NCBI GenBank assembly: GCA_965250285.1
Contig: OZ252299.1
Location: 6,144,001 to 6,208,000, forward strand
Reading direction: 5' to 3'
DNA length: 64,000 bases
Origin: Myxococcota bacterium
GTDB lineage: Bacteria > Myxococcota_A > UBA9160 > UBA4427
The notes beneath the pieces are model-generated. The model did not search any database. It worked only from the letters and a program-made list of their open reading frames with translations, and was not told the origin of the DNA. Shown here piece by piece: positions 53,468 to 63,800 of this stretch. Position 1 is the first letter of the stretch, and each line of letters opens with the position of its first letter. The position numbers and the translations under genes are program-made.

Positions 53468-56400
53468 CGGCGCGCATCCGAACCATGCTGGCCGTCAGCG
53501 CATGCTTTGCGGCCGCCTGTGCGACGAATCCCGACAAGCAGACGCTTCGGGATCTGCACTCGGTCGACCCGGATCTCGCTGAAGTCGAGGTCGATGAGAC
53601 CCTCGACGAGGCGATGGACGCGTACGAGCGCTATCTCGCCGAGTCGCCCGAGTCGGCCATGACGCCCGAAGCGCTCCGCCGGCTCGCCGATCTCAAGCTC
53701 GAGAAGGAGTACGGATACCTCGGCGCGTCGACCACGGGGAGCCAGCCCGCTCCCGAGCGGAGCGCGCCTCCCTCGTCGCCGCTCGCCGCAGCCGGTGGGC
53801 CGGCGCCCGCAGCGCCGGCCGGTCCCCTCGCGACGGGCGCAGAGATGCCCGCGGCCGGAGCCGAGGCCACGCTCGCCGAGGCTTCCGCGCCGGCCGAAGC
53901 GCTGCCCGGTGGCGCGCTGACCGTCGGTGCGGGCCCCGCCGAGGCGATCGCCCTCTACGACCGCATCCTCGCCCGCTATCCCGACTATCCCCACAACGAC
54001 TGGGTGCTGTATCAGAAGGCCCGCGCCTACGACGAGCTCGGCCGGAGCGACGAAGCAATCGAGGTCGTCGAGCGACTGATCGCGAGGTACCCGTATTCAC
54101 AATACATCGATGAGGCTCAGTTTCGGCGCGCCGAATACTTCTTCGTGCGCAAGCGGTTCCTCGACGCCGAGGAGGCCTACGGCGCCATCGTGAAGATGGG
54201 CCCGAGCTCGGACTACTACGAGCTCGCCCTCTACAAGCTGGGTTGGACCCTCTACAAGCAGGAGCTGCACGAAGAGGCTCTGCATCAGTACATCGCACTG
54301 CTCGATCACAAGGTCGAGACCGGGTACGACTTCGATCAGACCGACGACGAATCGGACGAGCGTCGCATCGCCGACACCTACCGAGTGATCAGTTTGAGCT
54401 TCTCGAGTCTGGGTGGGGCGGTCGCGGTGACCGACTACTTCGCTCGTTTCGGCGAGCGCGGCTATGAGAACCGCATCTACCGCAAGCTCGCCGAGTACTA
54501 CCTCGAGAAGCTGCGATACAGCGATTCGGCGAAGACCTACGAAGCGTTCGTCGAACTCAAGCCCCTGCACGCTGACTCGCCGGGCTTCAGCATGCGCGTG
54601 ATCGAGGTCTACGACGCGGGTGGCTTCCCGCGCCTCGTGCTCGAGTCGAAGAAGGATTTCGCCGCCCGATACGGGCTCGAGGCCGACTACTGGCAGCACT
54701 TCGACCCGGCCGATGCGCCGGAAGTGCTCGTCGATCTCAAGGCCAACCTCGGTGACCTCGCCAACCACTACCACGCCCTGTATCAGGACGAAGAGGCGCT
54801 GCCCGAGGAGAAGCCGGCCCACTACGACGAGGCGCTCCGCTGGTATCGCGAGTACATCGCGTCGTTCAACGCCGACGAGGGCACGCCGGCCATGCACTAT
54901 CAGATGGCCGATCTGATGCTCGAGAACGAATCGTTCCAGGGCGCTGCGGTCGAGTACGAGACGACGGCCTATACGTACGAGCCGCACGAGCAGGCACCCG
55001 CCGCCGGCTACGCCGCGATCTACGCCTGGCGCGAAGCCGAGAAGCGCACGCCCGAAGAGGCGCGGCCCGCGGTGACCCGATCGGCCGTCGACAGCACGTT
55101 GCGATTCGTCCAGCAATTCCCGGATCACGAGAACGCGGCCGTCGTACTCTCGTCCGCCGCCCGCGATCTCTACGAGATGGGCGAGCTGGCGTTCGCTCGC
55201 TCGACGGCGAAGGGCCTCGTCGATCGCTACGACGATGCCGAGCTGCCGGTGCGTCGCGAAGCCTGGGCCACGATCGCGCACGCGAGCTTCGACCTCGAAG
55301 AGTTCAGCGAGGCCGAAAAGGCCTACGAGCGCGTGCTCGATCTGACCGGCGAGGACGACGAGGGTCGCGCGGCAGTGGTCGATAGTTTGGCGGCCTCGAT
55401 CTACAAGCAGGGCGAAGCCCAGGTCGAGCTCGGCGACGATCGAGCGGCCGCGAAGCACTTCTTGCGCGTGGCCGAGGCTGCACCGACTTCCGAGATTCGC
55501 CCCGTGGCCGAGTACGATGCCGGTGCGGCGTACGTCCGGCTCGAGGCGTGGAAGGATGCGGGACGGGTCTTCGAGGCCTTCCGCGAGTCGCACCCCGATC
55601 ACGACCTCGCGTCCGAAGCCACGAAGCAGATCGCTGTGGTCTACCGAGAGCAGGGCGATTCGGCGCGCGCGGCCGACGAGTACGAGCGCGTGGCGGCCGA
55701 AGCCGACGATCCCGCGCTTCGAGCCGAGGCGTTGCTCGTCGCCGGAGAGCACCACGAGAAGGCCGAGGTCTGGGACCGTGCGCTCGCAGTCTACGAGCTG
55801 TACGTCACCGAGTTCAGCGAGCCGCTCGAGACGGCGGTCGAGACGCGCTTCAAGGTGGCCGAGCTTCACGAGAAGGCCGGTGATGAGCCGGCGCGTCGCA
55901 AGCAGCTGGCCCGCATCGTCGAGATCGAGAAGCAGGCCGGCGACGCGCGCACTCCCCGGATCCGCGTGCTGGCTGGGCGTTCGGCGCTGGTCCTGTCGGA
56001 GGACCAGTACGACGAGTTCGCAGCGATCGAGCTGACGCAGCCCTTCGCCAAGAGCCTGAAGAAGAAGAAGCGAAAGATGGAGGAGGCGATCGCCACCTTC
56101 GATGCACTCATCGACTACGAGACCGCCGACGTCACTGCTGCCGCGACCTACTACATGGCTCGCGTGTACTTCGAGTTCAGCCGTTCACTGATCGAATCGG
56201 AGCGACCTACGGGGCTCACTCCTGGCCAGCTCCTCGAGTACGAAGACGTGCTGGAAGAGGAGGCGTTCCCGTTCGAGGAGCGCGCGATCGCCGTTCACGA
56301 GAAGAACCTCGAGCTGCTGGCGGCGGGCATCTACAACGGCTGGGTCGAGAAGAGTCTGTCCCGCCTCGCCGATCTCATGCCCGGACGCTACGCGAAGTTC

Positions 56401-56604
56401 GAGATGAGCACGGGCCTGCTCGGCTCCGCCACCACGTTCGCCTACCAGCGCCCGGGGGCGGCGGCCGCGCCGACCGCGCCCGCGCCGGCCCCCGTGGTCG
56501 AGGAAGAGCCGGATGGGCCGGTGCCGGCCGCCCCCGCCGATCTCGGTGGTGAGGTCGATTCGGCACGAATCGACGTGCGGGATCTCGCGAAGGGGAGGGC
56601 GTAG
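53464..56604 (+). CDS. Large TPR lipoprotein (GltD/AgmU-like)
   Basis: Lipobox FAAAC; many TPRs ([29 protein letters not shown]); C-terminal [23 protein letters not shown]...WVEKSLSRL. Confidence 0.75.
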
Positions 56605-56606
56605 CG

Positions 56607-57242
56607 ATGACGCATCGTACGAACTCCCGCTCTGCGCGCGTCGCATTGGTCGCGTCGGGAATAGCTCTGGTCTCGCTCATCTTCGGTTGCGCGTCGGTCT
56701 TGCCCCGGCGTGGAGGGCAGATCGACATCGACCCCGAGCGAGGCTTCACGATCACCGAGACGGCGATCGCGACGCCCGAGCTACAGCTGACGTTCGATGA
56801 AGCGGTTCGGCAGCTGCGCGCTGGCAAGAACGACGAGGGCATCGCTCTGCTCGAGCAGGTCGTCGAAGTGGAGCCCAGCCTGACGGCGGCGCACATCAAC
56901 CTGGGCCTGGCACATGCACGCGCCGGCGATCTCGACAGCGCCGAAGCCAGCATGCGTACGGCGGTCTCGCTGAACCCGAAGCATCCGGTGGCCCACAACG
57001 AGCTCGGCATCGTCTATCGCAAGCAAGGGCGCTTCGACAAGGCCCGGGACAGCTACGAAGAAGCACTGCAGGCATATCCCGACTTTCACTACGCCCGGCG
57101 CAATCTCGCCGTGCTGTGTGACGTGTACCTGGCAGACGCCAAGTGTGCCGAGAAGCACTACCAGATCTACGTCGCGCTGGTGCCCGAAGACGAAGCCGTC
57201 TCGATGTGGCTGGCCGACCTGCGCAATCGAAAGGGGGAGTAG
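56607..57242 (+). CDS. TPR lipoprotein (GltE/AglT-like)
   Basis: Lipobox [35 protein letters not shown]. Confidence 0.75.
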   Translation: MTHRTNSRSARVALVASGIALVSLIFGCASVLPRRGGQIDIDPERGFTITETAIATPELQLTFDEAVRQLRAGKNDEGIALLEQVVEVEPSLTAAHINLGLAHARAGDLDSAEASMRTAVSLNPKHPVAHNELGIVYRKQGRFDKARDSYEEALQAYPDFHYARRNLAVLCDVYLADAKCAEKHYQIYVALVPEDEAVSMWLADLRNRKGE

Positions 57243-57245
57243 GAG

Positions 57246-57554
57246 ATGACTCGACGCATCGCATCGATCCTGGCCGCACTCCTCGTCGCGACGACGAGCG
57301 CCGGGGCCCTGGCCAACGACGGGAAGGCACCCGAGGAGAAGCTCGTCTCGGGTATGTCGATCCTCGGTAACGACGAGGCGCCCAAGTCCCTGGTCATCGT
57401 GCCGTGGAAGAGCTCCGAGCTCGGCGGCGCGCTGGATCTGTCGTACACGGAGCAGCTCGGTCCGCAGCCGGTGGATCGTGAAGTTTTCAGGCGTGCCCTC
57501 TCCTACTGGGAGATCAGGGCCGGAATCAAGGTGGCTTCGGAAGGCCACGAGTAG
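57246..57554 (+). CDS. Small exported protein (GltF-like)
   Basis: AGGAG RBS; signal peptide; GMSILGNDEAPKSLVIVPWK motif; position between GltE-like and ExbB-like genes. Confidence 0.6.
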   Translation: MTRRIASILAALLVATTSAGALANDGKAPEEKLVSGMSILGNDEAPKSLVIVPWKSSELGGALDLSYTEQLGPQPVDREVFRRALSYWEIRAGIKVASEGHE

Positions 57555-57595
57555 CAACACCAGCGCCGTGACATTCACGGCAGGAGAGAATCGCA

Positions 57596-58246
57596 ATGGG
57601 TTCGTTGTATTCGATCGTGGAGTTCTTCGTGACGGGTGGTCCGTTCATGTACCCGATCCTGATCGTGTTTGCCGTGGGTGCGGCGATCGCGGTCGAGCGG
57701 TACGTGACGCTCAGCCTCATGACGGCAAAGAACCAGACGGCATGGAAGAACGTCCAGCCGCTGCTGATGGAAGGCCAGTTCGAGGAGGCGCGTGAAGCGC
57801 TCTCCGAGGATCAGTCGACCATCGCCCAGCTCCTGACCATGGGGCTCGCTCGCCAAGGTGCCGTGCGCCGACGCGAAGATATCGAGATCGCCATGGAAGA
57901 GAGCATGATGGAGATCATCCCGCAGCTCGAGAAGCGCACACCCTACGTGGCGCTCGCTTCGAGCATCGCCACCCTGCTCGGCCTGCTCGGCACGATCATG
58001 GGTCTGATCCAGGCGTTTACGGCGGTCGCGAACGCGAATCCCGCCGAGAAGGCCGATCTGCTCTCGGCGTCGATCTCGGTCGCGATGAACACCACGGCCT
58101 TCGGGCTGATGGTGGCGATCCCGCTGCTGGTGACCAACTCGGTGCTGACGGCGAAGACGAGCGAGATCATCGACAGCCTCGAAATGGCCTCGGTGAAGGC
58201 GCTCAACGTCTTCTCTTCTCGGGCGAAGCGACAGGCGGAGGCCTGA
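57596..58246 (+). CDS. MotA/TolQ/ExbB proton channel (AglR-like)
   Basis: GGPFMYPIL, ERY, TLLGLLGTIMGLIQAF, ISVAMNTTAFGLMVAIP. Confidence 0.92.
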   Translation: MGSLYSIVEFFVTGGPFMYPILIVFAVGAAIAVERYVTLSLMTAKNQTAWKNVQPLLMEGQFEEAREALSEDQSTIAQLLTMGLARQGAVRRREDIEIAMEESMMEIIPQLEKRTPYVALASSIATLLGLLGTIMGLIQAFTAVANANPAEKADLLSASISVAMNTTAFGLMVAIPLLVTNSVLTAKTSEIIDSLEMASVKALNVFSSRAKRQAEA

Positions 58247-58249
58247 TCC

Positions 58250-58744
58250 ATGCGTGGCCATCACTACAGACGGCCGCCCAAGGAGGCGCCCGAGCTCGAC
58301 ATGACCACCTTCATGAATCTCATGGTGGTGCTCGTGCCCTTCCTGCTGATCACCGCAGTGTTCTCTCGAATCACGATCGTCGAGCTGAACCTTCCGAGCG
58401 GTGTCGGCGGAAGCTCGCCCGAGGAGCCGCCGTTCAGGATCGAGGTCATCGTGCGAGACACCGGGTTGGTGCTCACCGATACGAAGTCGGTGCTCGTCGA
58501 TCTGCCGAGGGTGGCCGACGAGGAGTACGACCTCGCGACGCTGTCGGAGCACGTAATCGAGCTCAAGCAGCTCCACCCCGAGGCGAAGGGTGCCTCGGTG
58601 CTGCTCGAACCCGCAATCGAGTACGACCACTTGATCCAGGTGATGGATGCGGTGCGCAGCGCTCCCGTCCCCGTGGAGGGGGTTGAGGGCGAGTCGACGC
58701 AGCTGGCGCTGTTCACCGAGATCTCGATCGGAGACGCACCATGA
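58250..58744 (+). CDS. ExbD/TolR family protein 1 (AglQ-like position; TM Asp replaced by Asn)
   Basis: ELDMTTFMNLMVVLVPFLLITAVF TM; IEYDHLIQVMDAVR. Confidence 0.85.
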   Translation: MRGHHYRRPPKEAPELDMTTFMNLMVVLVPFLLITAVFSRITIVELNLPSGVGGSSPEEPPFRIEVIVRDTGLVLTDTKSVLVDLPRVADEEYDLATLSEHVIELKQLHPEAKGASVLLEPAIEYDHLIQVMDAVRSAPVPVEGVEGESTQLALFTEISIGDAP

Positions 58745-59250
58745 AGAGCTCACGCCGAATGAAGCGCATGGCGCGCAACCGGAAGAAGCCGACGCCCCTG
58801 AACCTGACGTCGCTCATGGACGTGTTCACGATCCTCGTCTTCTTCCTGCTCGTGAACTCGGCGAACACCGAGGTGCTCGAGACGCCCAAGCAGATCAAGC
58901 TGCCCTCGTCGGTGGTGGAGGACAAGCCCCGCGAGACGGTGGTGATCTTCATCAGCCCCGAGGAGGTGACGGTGCAGGGCGAGCGCGTGATCGCGATGGA
59001 TGAGCTGCTGGCCAGCGAAGACGCCCACATCTCCTCGATCGGGGAGCGTCTCGAACAGGTGAACGACAGCGTCATCGGGCTGAACACGAGAAAGGTCGCC
59101 GAGCGCCAGGAGGTCACGATCCTGTCGGACAAGGCGGTGCCCTTCCATGTCGTGCGACGGGTGATGACGACGTGCACGAATCATGGGTTCGAACGCATTT
59201 CACTGGCGGTGCTGCAGAAGGCGCCGCAGAAGCTCGTGAAGAACGGATGA
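58741..59250 (+). CDS. ExbD/TolR family protein 2 (AglS-like)
   Basis: LNLTSLMDVFTILVFFLL with conserved Asp27; SDKAVPFHVVRRVMTTC. Confidence 0.9.
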   Translation: MKSSRRMKRMARNRKKPTPLNLTSLMDVFTILVFFLLVNSANTEVLETPKQIKLPSSVVEDKPRETVVIFISPEEVTVQGERVIAMDELLASEDAHISSIGERLEQVNDSVIGLNTRKVAERQEVTILSDKAVPFHVVRRVMTTCTNHGFERISLAVLQKAPQKLVKNG

Positions 59251-59256
59251 GAAGCC

Positions 59257-60627
59257 GTGAGTGCTGAATTCTCTCAGGAGCAGCAGGTCCTCCGCGCGGA
59301 GCTCGACGAAGCGCGCGAGCGACTGGATGGGCTGGCCACCGAGCTGCGCGGCATCGACGCCGAGCTCGATGCGCTCGCAGTCGAACGCCGTCAGTTCGAG
59401 ATTCTCGATGACGTCTGCACGTCGATCGAGAAGCTTGGCGAGGCGGGTGGAGCGGATCTGTTCTGGGGTGGACTCCCGGGTGCGAACTTCGACGCGCACG
59501 TTCGTGCCGTGCGGAGCCGAGCCGAGGAGTTCCATCACCGAATCGCCGAGATCGATGCGAGACGCAGCGCACTCGTCGGTCGGATCGCTGACGCCGAGGA
59601 TGCCTCGTTCGTCCTCGAGGACGACCTCGCAGAGGCCGAGCACCAGGAGGAGATGAAGAAGCTCGAGTGGGTCATCGAGCGCGAGGACGACTCGCCGATC
59701 TTCCAAGCCGGCCGCATGCCGTGGGTGCACGGTGGAGAGGACGATGTCCGCTTCCGCAAGGCGCTCTTGCTCGCGATGCTGCTCAGCCTGGTGTTCGGGA
59801 TCATCCTTCCGATCATTCCCCTGCCCGAACCGGATCCGTGGCAGGTGGTCGAGGTGCCCGAGCGTCTCACGCGGCTGATCAAGGAAGAGCCGCCCCCGCC
59901 GCCGCCGGTCGTGCAGGAGAAGCTCGAGCCGCAGAAGACCCAGGCGGAGACGCCCGAGGAGCCCGAGAAGCTCGCGACGGATACGAAGCCGAAGGCGGCC
60001 CCGACGCCGACGACGTCGGAGGTGGTTGCTTCGGCCGGCATCCTCGCGCTCCGCGATCAGTTCGCGGGGCTCGCCGATGGCGAGACCAGCTCGCGGCTGG
60101 GGACGAGCGCTCGCATCAACCGGACCGGTGAGTCCGCATCGGGCCAGGCTGGCCGATCGCTCGTCACTACGCAGACGCCGGGTGCGAGTGGTGGCATCGA
60201 CGTCGGCTCGCTGGGTCGCGACGCGGTCGGTGGTGGCGGTCAGGCCCTTCAGGGCGTGCAGGTCGCCCGGGCCACGAGCTCGATCGGCGTGGGCGGCGGC
60301 AACGATCGCCCGCTGAGCGACGGCCCGGGGCTCTCGCGAACCGACGAAGAGATTCAGATCGTCTTCGATCGGCACAAGGCAGCGCTCTACCGGCTCTACA
60401 ACCGCGCGCTGCGCTCGAACCCGACGCTGCAGGGGCAGATCGTGCTGAAGCTCGTGATCGAGCCCGACGGAAGCGTGTCGCTGTGCGAGGTGAAGTCGTC
60501 GGACATGGATGCGCCTGGCCTCGCCGCCAAGGTCGTCGAGCGCGTGAAGGTCTTCGACTTCGGCGCCAAGGAAGGCATTCCGCCGGTCTCGATCCTGTAC
60601 CCGATCGACTTCCTGCCGGCGGCATAG
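59257..60627 (+). CDS. TonB/TolA-like protein with AgmX/PglI-type C-terminal domain (GltG-like)
   Basis: N-terminal coiled coil, single TM, Pro/Glu- then Gly-rich linker, C-terminal RTDEEIQIVFDRHKAALYRLYNRALRSNPTLQGQIVLKLVIEPDGSV...YPIDF. Confidence 0.85.
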   Translation: MSAEFSQEQQVLRAELDEARERLDGLATELRGIDAELDALAVERRQFEILDDVCTSIEKLGEAGGADLFWGGLPGANFDAHVRAVRSRAEEFHHRIAEIDARRSALVGRIADAEDASFVLEDDLAEAEHQEEMKKLEWVIEREDDSPIFQAGRMPWVHGGEDDVRFRKALLLAMLLSLVFGIILPIIPLPEPDPWQVVEVPERLTRLIKEEPPPPPPVVQEKLEPQKTQAETPEEPEKLATDTKPKAAPTPTTSEVVASAGILALRDQFAGLADGETSSRLGTSARINRTGESASGQAGRSLVTTQTPGASGGIDVGSLGRDAVGGGGQALQGVQVARATSSIGVGGGNDRPLSDGPGLSRTDEEIQIVFDRHKAALYRLYNRALRSNPTLQGQIVLKLVIEPDGSVSLCEVKSSDMDAPGLAAKVVERVKVFDFGAKEGIPPVSILYPIDFLPAA

Positions 60628-60718
60628 CAGGGCGAAGGATGAGTGCGCACGGTGTGCGCGAGAACGAGAAGAAGGTGAAACGAGGAGAATCCGCGACGTA
60701 GGTCAGACGACGTCAAAG

Positions 60719-60812
60719 AGATTCAGACAAAGGCAAAGCCGTCGAAAGGCGGCGACGCAAAGTCACCGGTCTAACGGGCACACCGCCCCAGGACAGCGGG
60801 ACTGCCGGAATC
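60719..60812 (+). promoter_or_regulatory. c-di-GMP-I (GEMM) riboswitch aptamer
   Basis: GACAAAGGCAAA-GCCGTC-GAAA-GGCGGC-GACGCAAAGTCACCGGTCTAA...GACAGCGGGACTGCCG follows the GEMM-I pattern: GAAA tetraloop P2, GACGCAAAG junction, CTAA receptor in P3, P1 attc/gaat. Confidence 0.9.
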
Positions 60813-60887
60813 GCGCTCGATGGTCGAGCGGTCTCGGTGGGTCTTCGCAGGTGCATTGCGAGAAGACGAGCACCGAGGCAGAACACC

Positions 60888-63800
60888 TTGCAGCATCAGA
60901 GCGACATCCGGGAGCAGAGGGGCTCCACCGAACGGGCGGCCACGCCGGTTCGGGCGGGGATCCGGCGCGCGATTGCGATCGCGAGCTGGGCGATCGCGCT
61001 GCTCTGTCTCTCGGGGGCCAGCGCTCAGGCGCAGCCGGTGCCAGCGACGTGTCCTGCCCAGCTCGGGACGGAGACGCTCGTTCGGCACGACATGTCGGTG
61101 AGCTTCTGCGAGCTGTGCGATGTCGGCCAGGCGACGATCGTCGTCGAGAACCCGCTGAGTACCTTCCCGGGCGACGTCGACTTCTCGGACATCACCGTCG
61201 TCGAGAATCTCCGCAACACGGGTCTGACCTACGCCGGTAACCCGCAGTTCTCGTTCAACAACGCGATCCCCACCGGCGCATTCGCGCCGACGGTATCCGG
61301 GACCGACGACGAGATCCTCACGTGGGATCTGCCGGCGGGCTTCACCCTGCCCGAGGTGCCCGGCTTCGGCACCAGCTCGTCGATCACGATTCAGTTCGAC
61401 GTCGAACGCCAGAGCTCGTTCACCGAAGAGGGGCTCGTCACCTCGACGCCCGACCGCGACATCCAGGCGTCGGTCATTCTCGAACCGTCGTGTGCGCCCG
61501 GTGAGATCTACGGACAGTCGACCGGCTTGAACGAGCTGCCGCTGCAGGAGCCCGAGCTCAACCTTGCGCTCTCGGGTCGCAACCTCGACGCGGCGCAGGG
61601 CGGCTGGTCCGACCCCGTCTACGGTCACGAGGGTGACGACATCATCTGGCGTCTGCGCGTGCGCAACGATGGCGAAGCGCCGCTCCAGGATTTCGTCTTC
61701 GACATGGCCCTGTTCGACAGCGTCGGCGGCCCGGGCGACTTCGAGCTGACCCACATCTGTACGACGAACGGCGCGGCGGCCGCGGCTTCGGCGGGCGCGA
61801 GCCCCGCGAACTGTCGGTCGCTCGCGGGCACCAGCAGCTCCCCGAATCTCGACATTGCGGCGCTCTTCGGCGGCGGCGCGAACCCCTACATCGTGCTCGG
61901 ACCGAACTCGCAGCGCTTCTTCTACTTCGCGGGGCGCGTCAACACGAGCTGTGACGAGCTCGATGCGCTGGCCGACAACGCTCAGTGGGGCTGCCAGAGC
62001 GAGCCTCCCGTGGGCGGGATCTCTCAGAGCTCGACGGGCATCACCGACGACGGGACAGGTCTGCTGCGCACCGAGTCTGAGGAGGCTCGGCTCGACTTCG
62101 ATGTCGACTTCCAGGGCGTGAACGACCCGAGCCAGCCGCTCGGCGCCCGCGGCAACGTCGTCGTCACGATCAACAACGTGAGCCGCGGAACGATCTACGG
62201 CGACACGGACGGCATCGAGCTGCAGGTCGATCTGCCGGCGCAGTACGTGGTCGACCCCTCGCTGCCGCCGATCTTCGACATGGATCCGGCGTACGGCAAC
62301 TACCAGGGCATGATCGACACCATGTCCTGGGACAACCCCGACCCGGGGACCGATCCCGATCCGTCGGCCGATCCGAACGCCCAGCTGAACAACGACAGCC
62401 TGCAGTTCACGCTGACGAGCTCGAGTCAGAACGCGCCCGGCGGGCCTTATCCGATCCAGGAGCACCTGATTCGCCACGGCGACGTCGTGACGATCACGAT
62501 CCGCGTCGTTCAGATCGATCCCACGTACTACGACCTCGACGCCGACCTCGACATCCGTCTCGAAGATCCGGCGAGCACGCCGATGCCCAACACCGACCCG
62601 ACCCAGACCTTCGGGGTCACGGGCCAGGCCGATGTGTCGTACGAAGAGTTCTGCACTGGCAACAACCACCTCGTCAGCGACGTCGAATTCGATACGGCGA
62701 ACCCCGAAGACCTCGACGTCGACATGACAGGCGGCGAGCTCGTCTTCATCCTGACCGACTCGGGCGATCCGTTGCCCCTGTCCGTCGAGCTGACCAACAA
62801 CGGTGGCCACGACGCCGACGACTACCAGGCCTACGTCACCTTTGGCCAGGCCATGCAGGTCTCGACGGTGGCGCCTGGCTGTACGCTCACGACCAATCCG
62901 CCGCCGTTGCCCGAGTGGCAGCTGCCCGATCCGCTGCCCGCCACAGGGACAGTCTACATCTGTGATCGCGGAACGATCGGGCCAGGGGACACCGAAGTCT
63001 TCAACTTCGAGGTGGTGAAGAACCCCACGCCACCGTTCGACGACGACCTGACGTTCCGTGCCGACGTGATCGGCGAGAGTCATCTGGCCGACGGCACGCC
63101 GCTGTGGTTCCCCGTGCCTCAGCCTCGCGGCGACGGCATCACCGATCGCGGCAACAACTACACGGTCGACGGCTTGCGGGCCCGCGTGGTCGGCTACAAC
63201 CTGCTCAAGACCCAGCTCGGCGACTGCAACGAGAACAACCCGCCGCCGGGTACGCCCGATGATCTCGTGCAGATCGGCGAGGAGTGTACGTTCCGAGTCG
63301 AATCGGGCGGATGGTTCGGCTTCGAGACGCCGGGCTTCACGTACATCGCAGTCCAGAACGTTCAGGTCGTCGATCAGAACCCCGACGGTCAGACCTACAT
63401 CAGCTCGACCGATCCGCTCATCGAGAGCACGACTCAGATTCAGGGCGTGACGTTCACGCCCCCGGCGGTGCCCCTGACGGACGACTGGTTCGACTGGACC
63501 TTCAACACCGATCCGTTGACTCAGCGCATTACCGAGCTCGATCACTGGTTCCGTACGAACTTCGTGACGCGCATGATGAACGACCCGATCGACGCAGCCG
63601 GGGCGCCGAACCAGCACGCAGCGACGAGCTCGAACGTGCTCACGTCGACGTTCGAGGCGGTCTTCTTCAACCCGTCGATCGGCGGCGAGGAGATCTTCAC
63701 CCTCGGCCCGTCGACGATCGGCTTCCCGCGTGAGGTCTTCCGTCGGGTCGACGTCACGGTGACCGAGCCTCAGCTGACTCTCGTCAAGGAGGTCTGCAAC

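Noticed and set aside
57596..60627. Ordinary TonB-ExbBD uptake or Tol-Pal locus
   Set aside because: No TonB-dependent receptor, TolB or Pal seen; the TPR set and AgmX/PglI-type C-terminus fit Agl-Glt-like clusters better.
60639..60701. 20-aa ORF MSAHGVRENEKKVKRGESAT upstream of the riboswitch
   Set aside because: No properly spaced SD and no supporting features.
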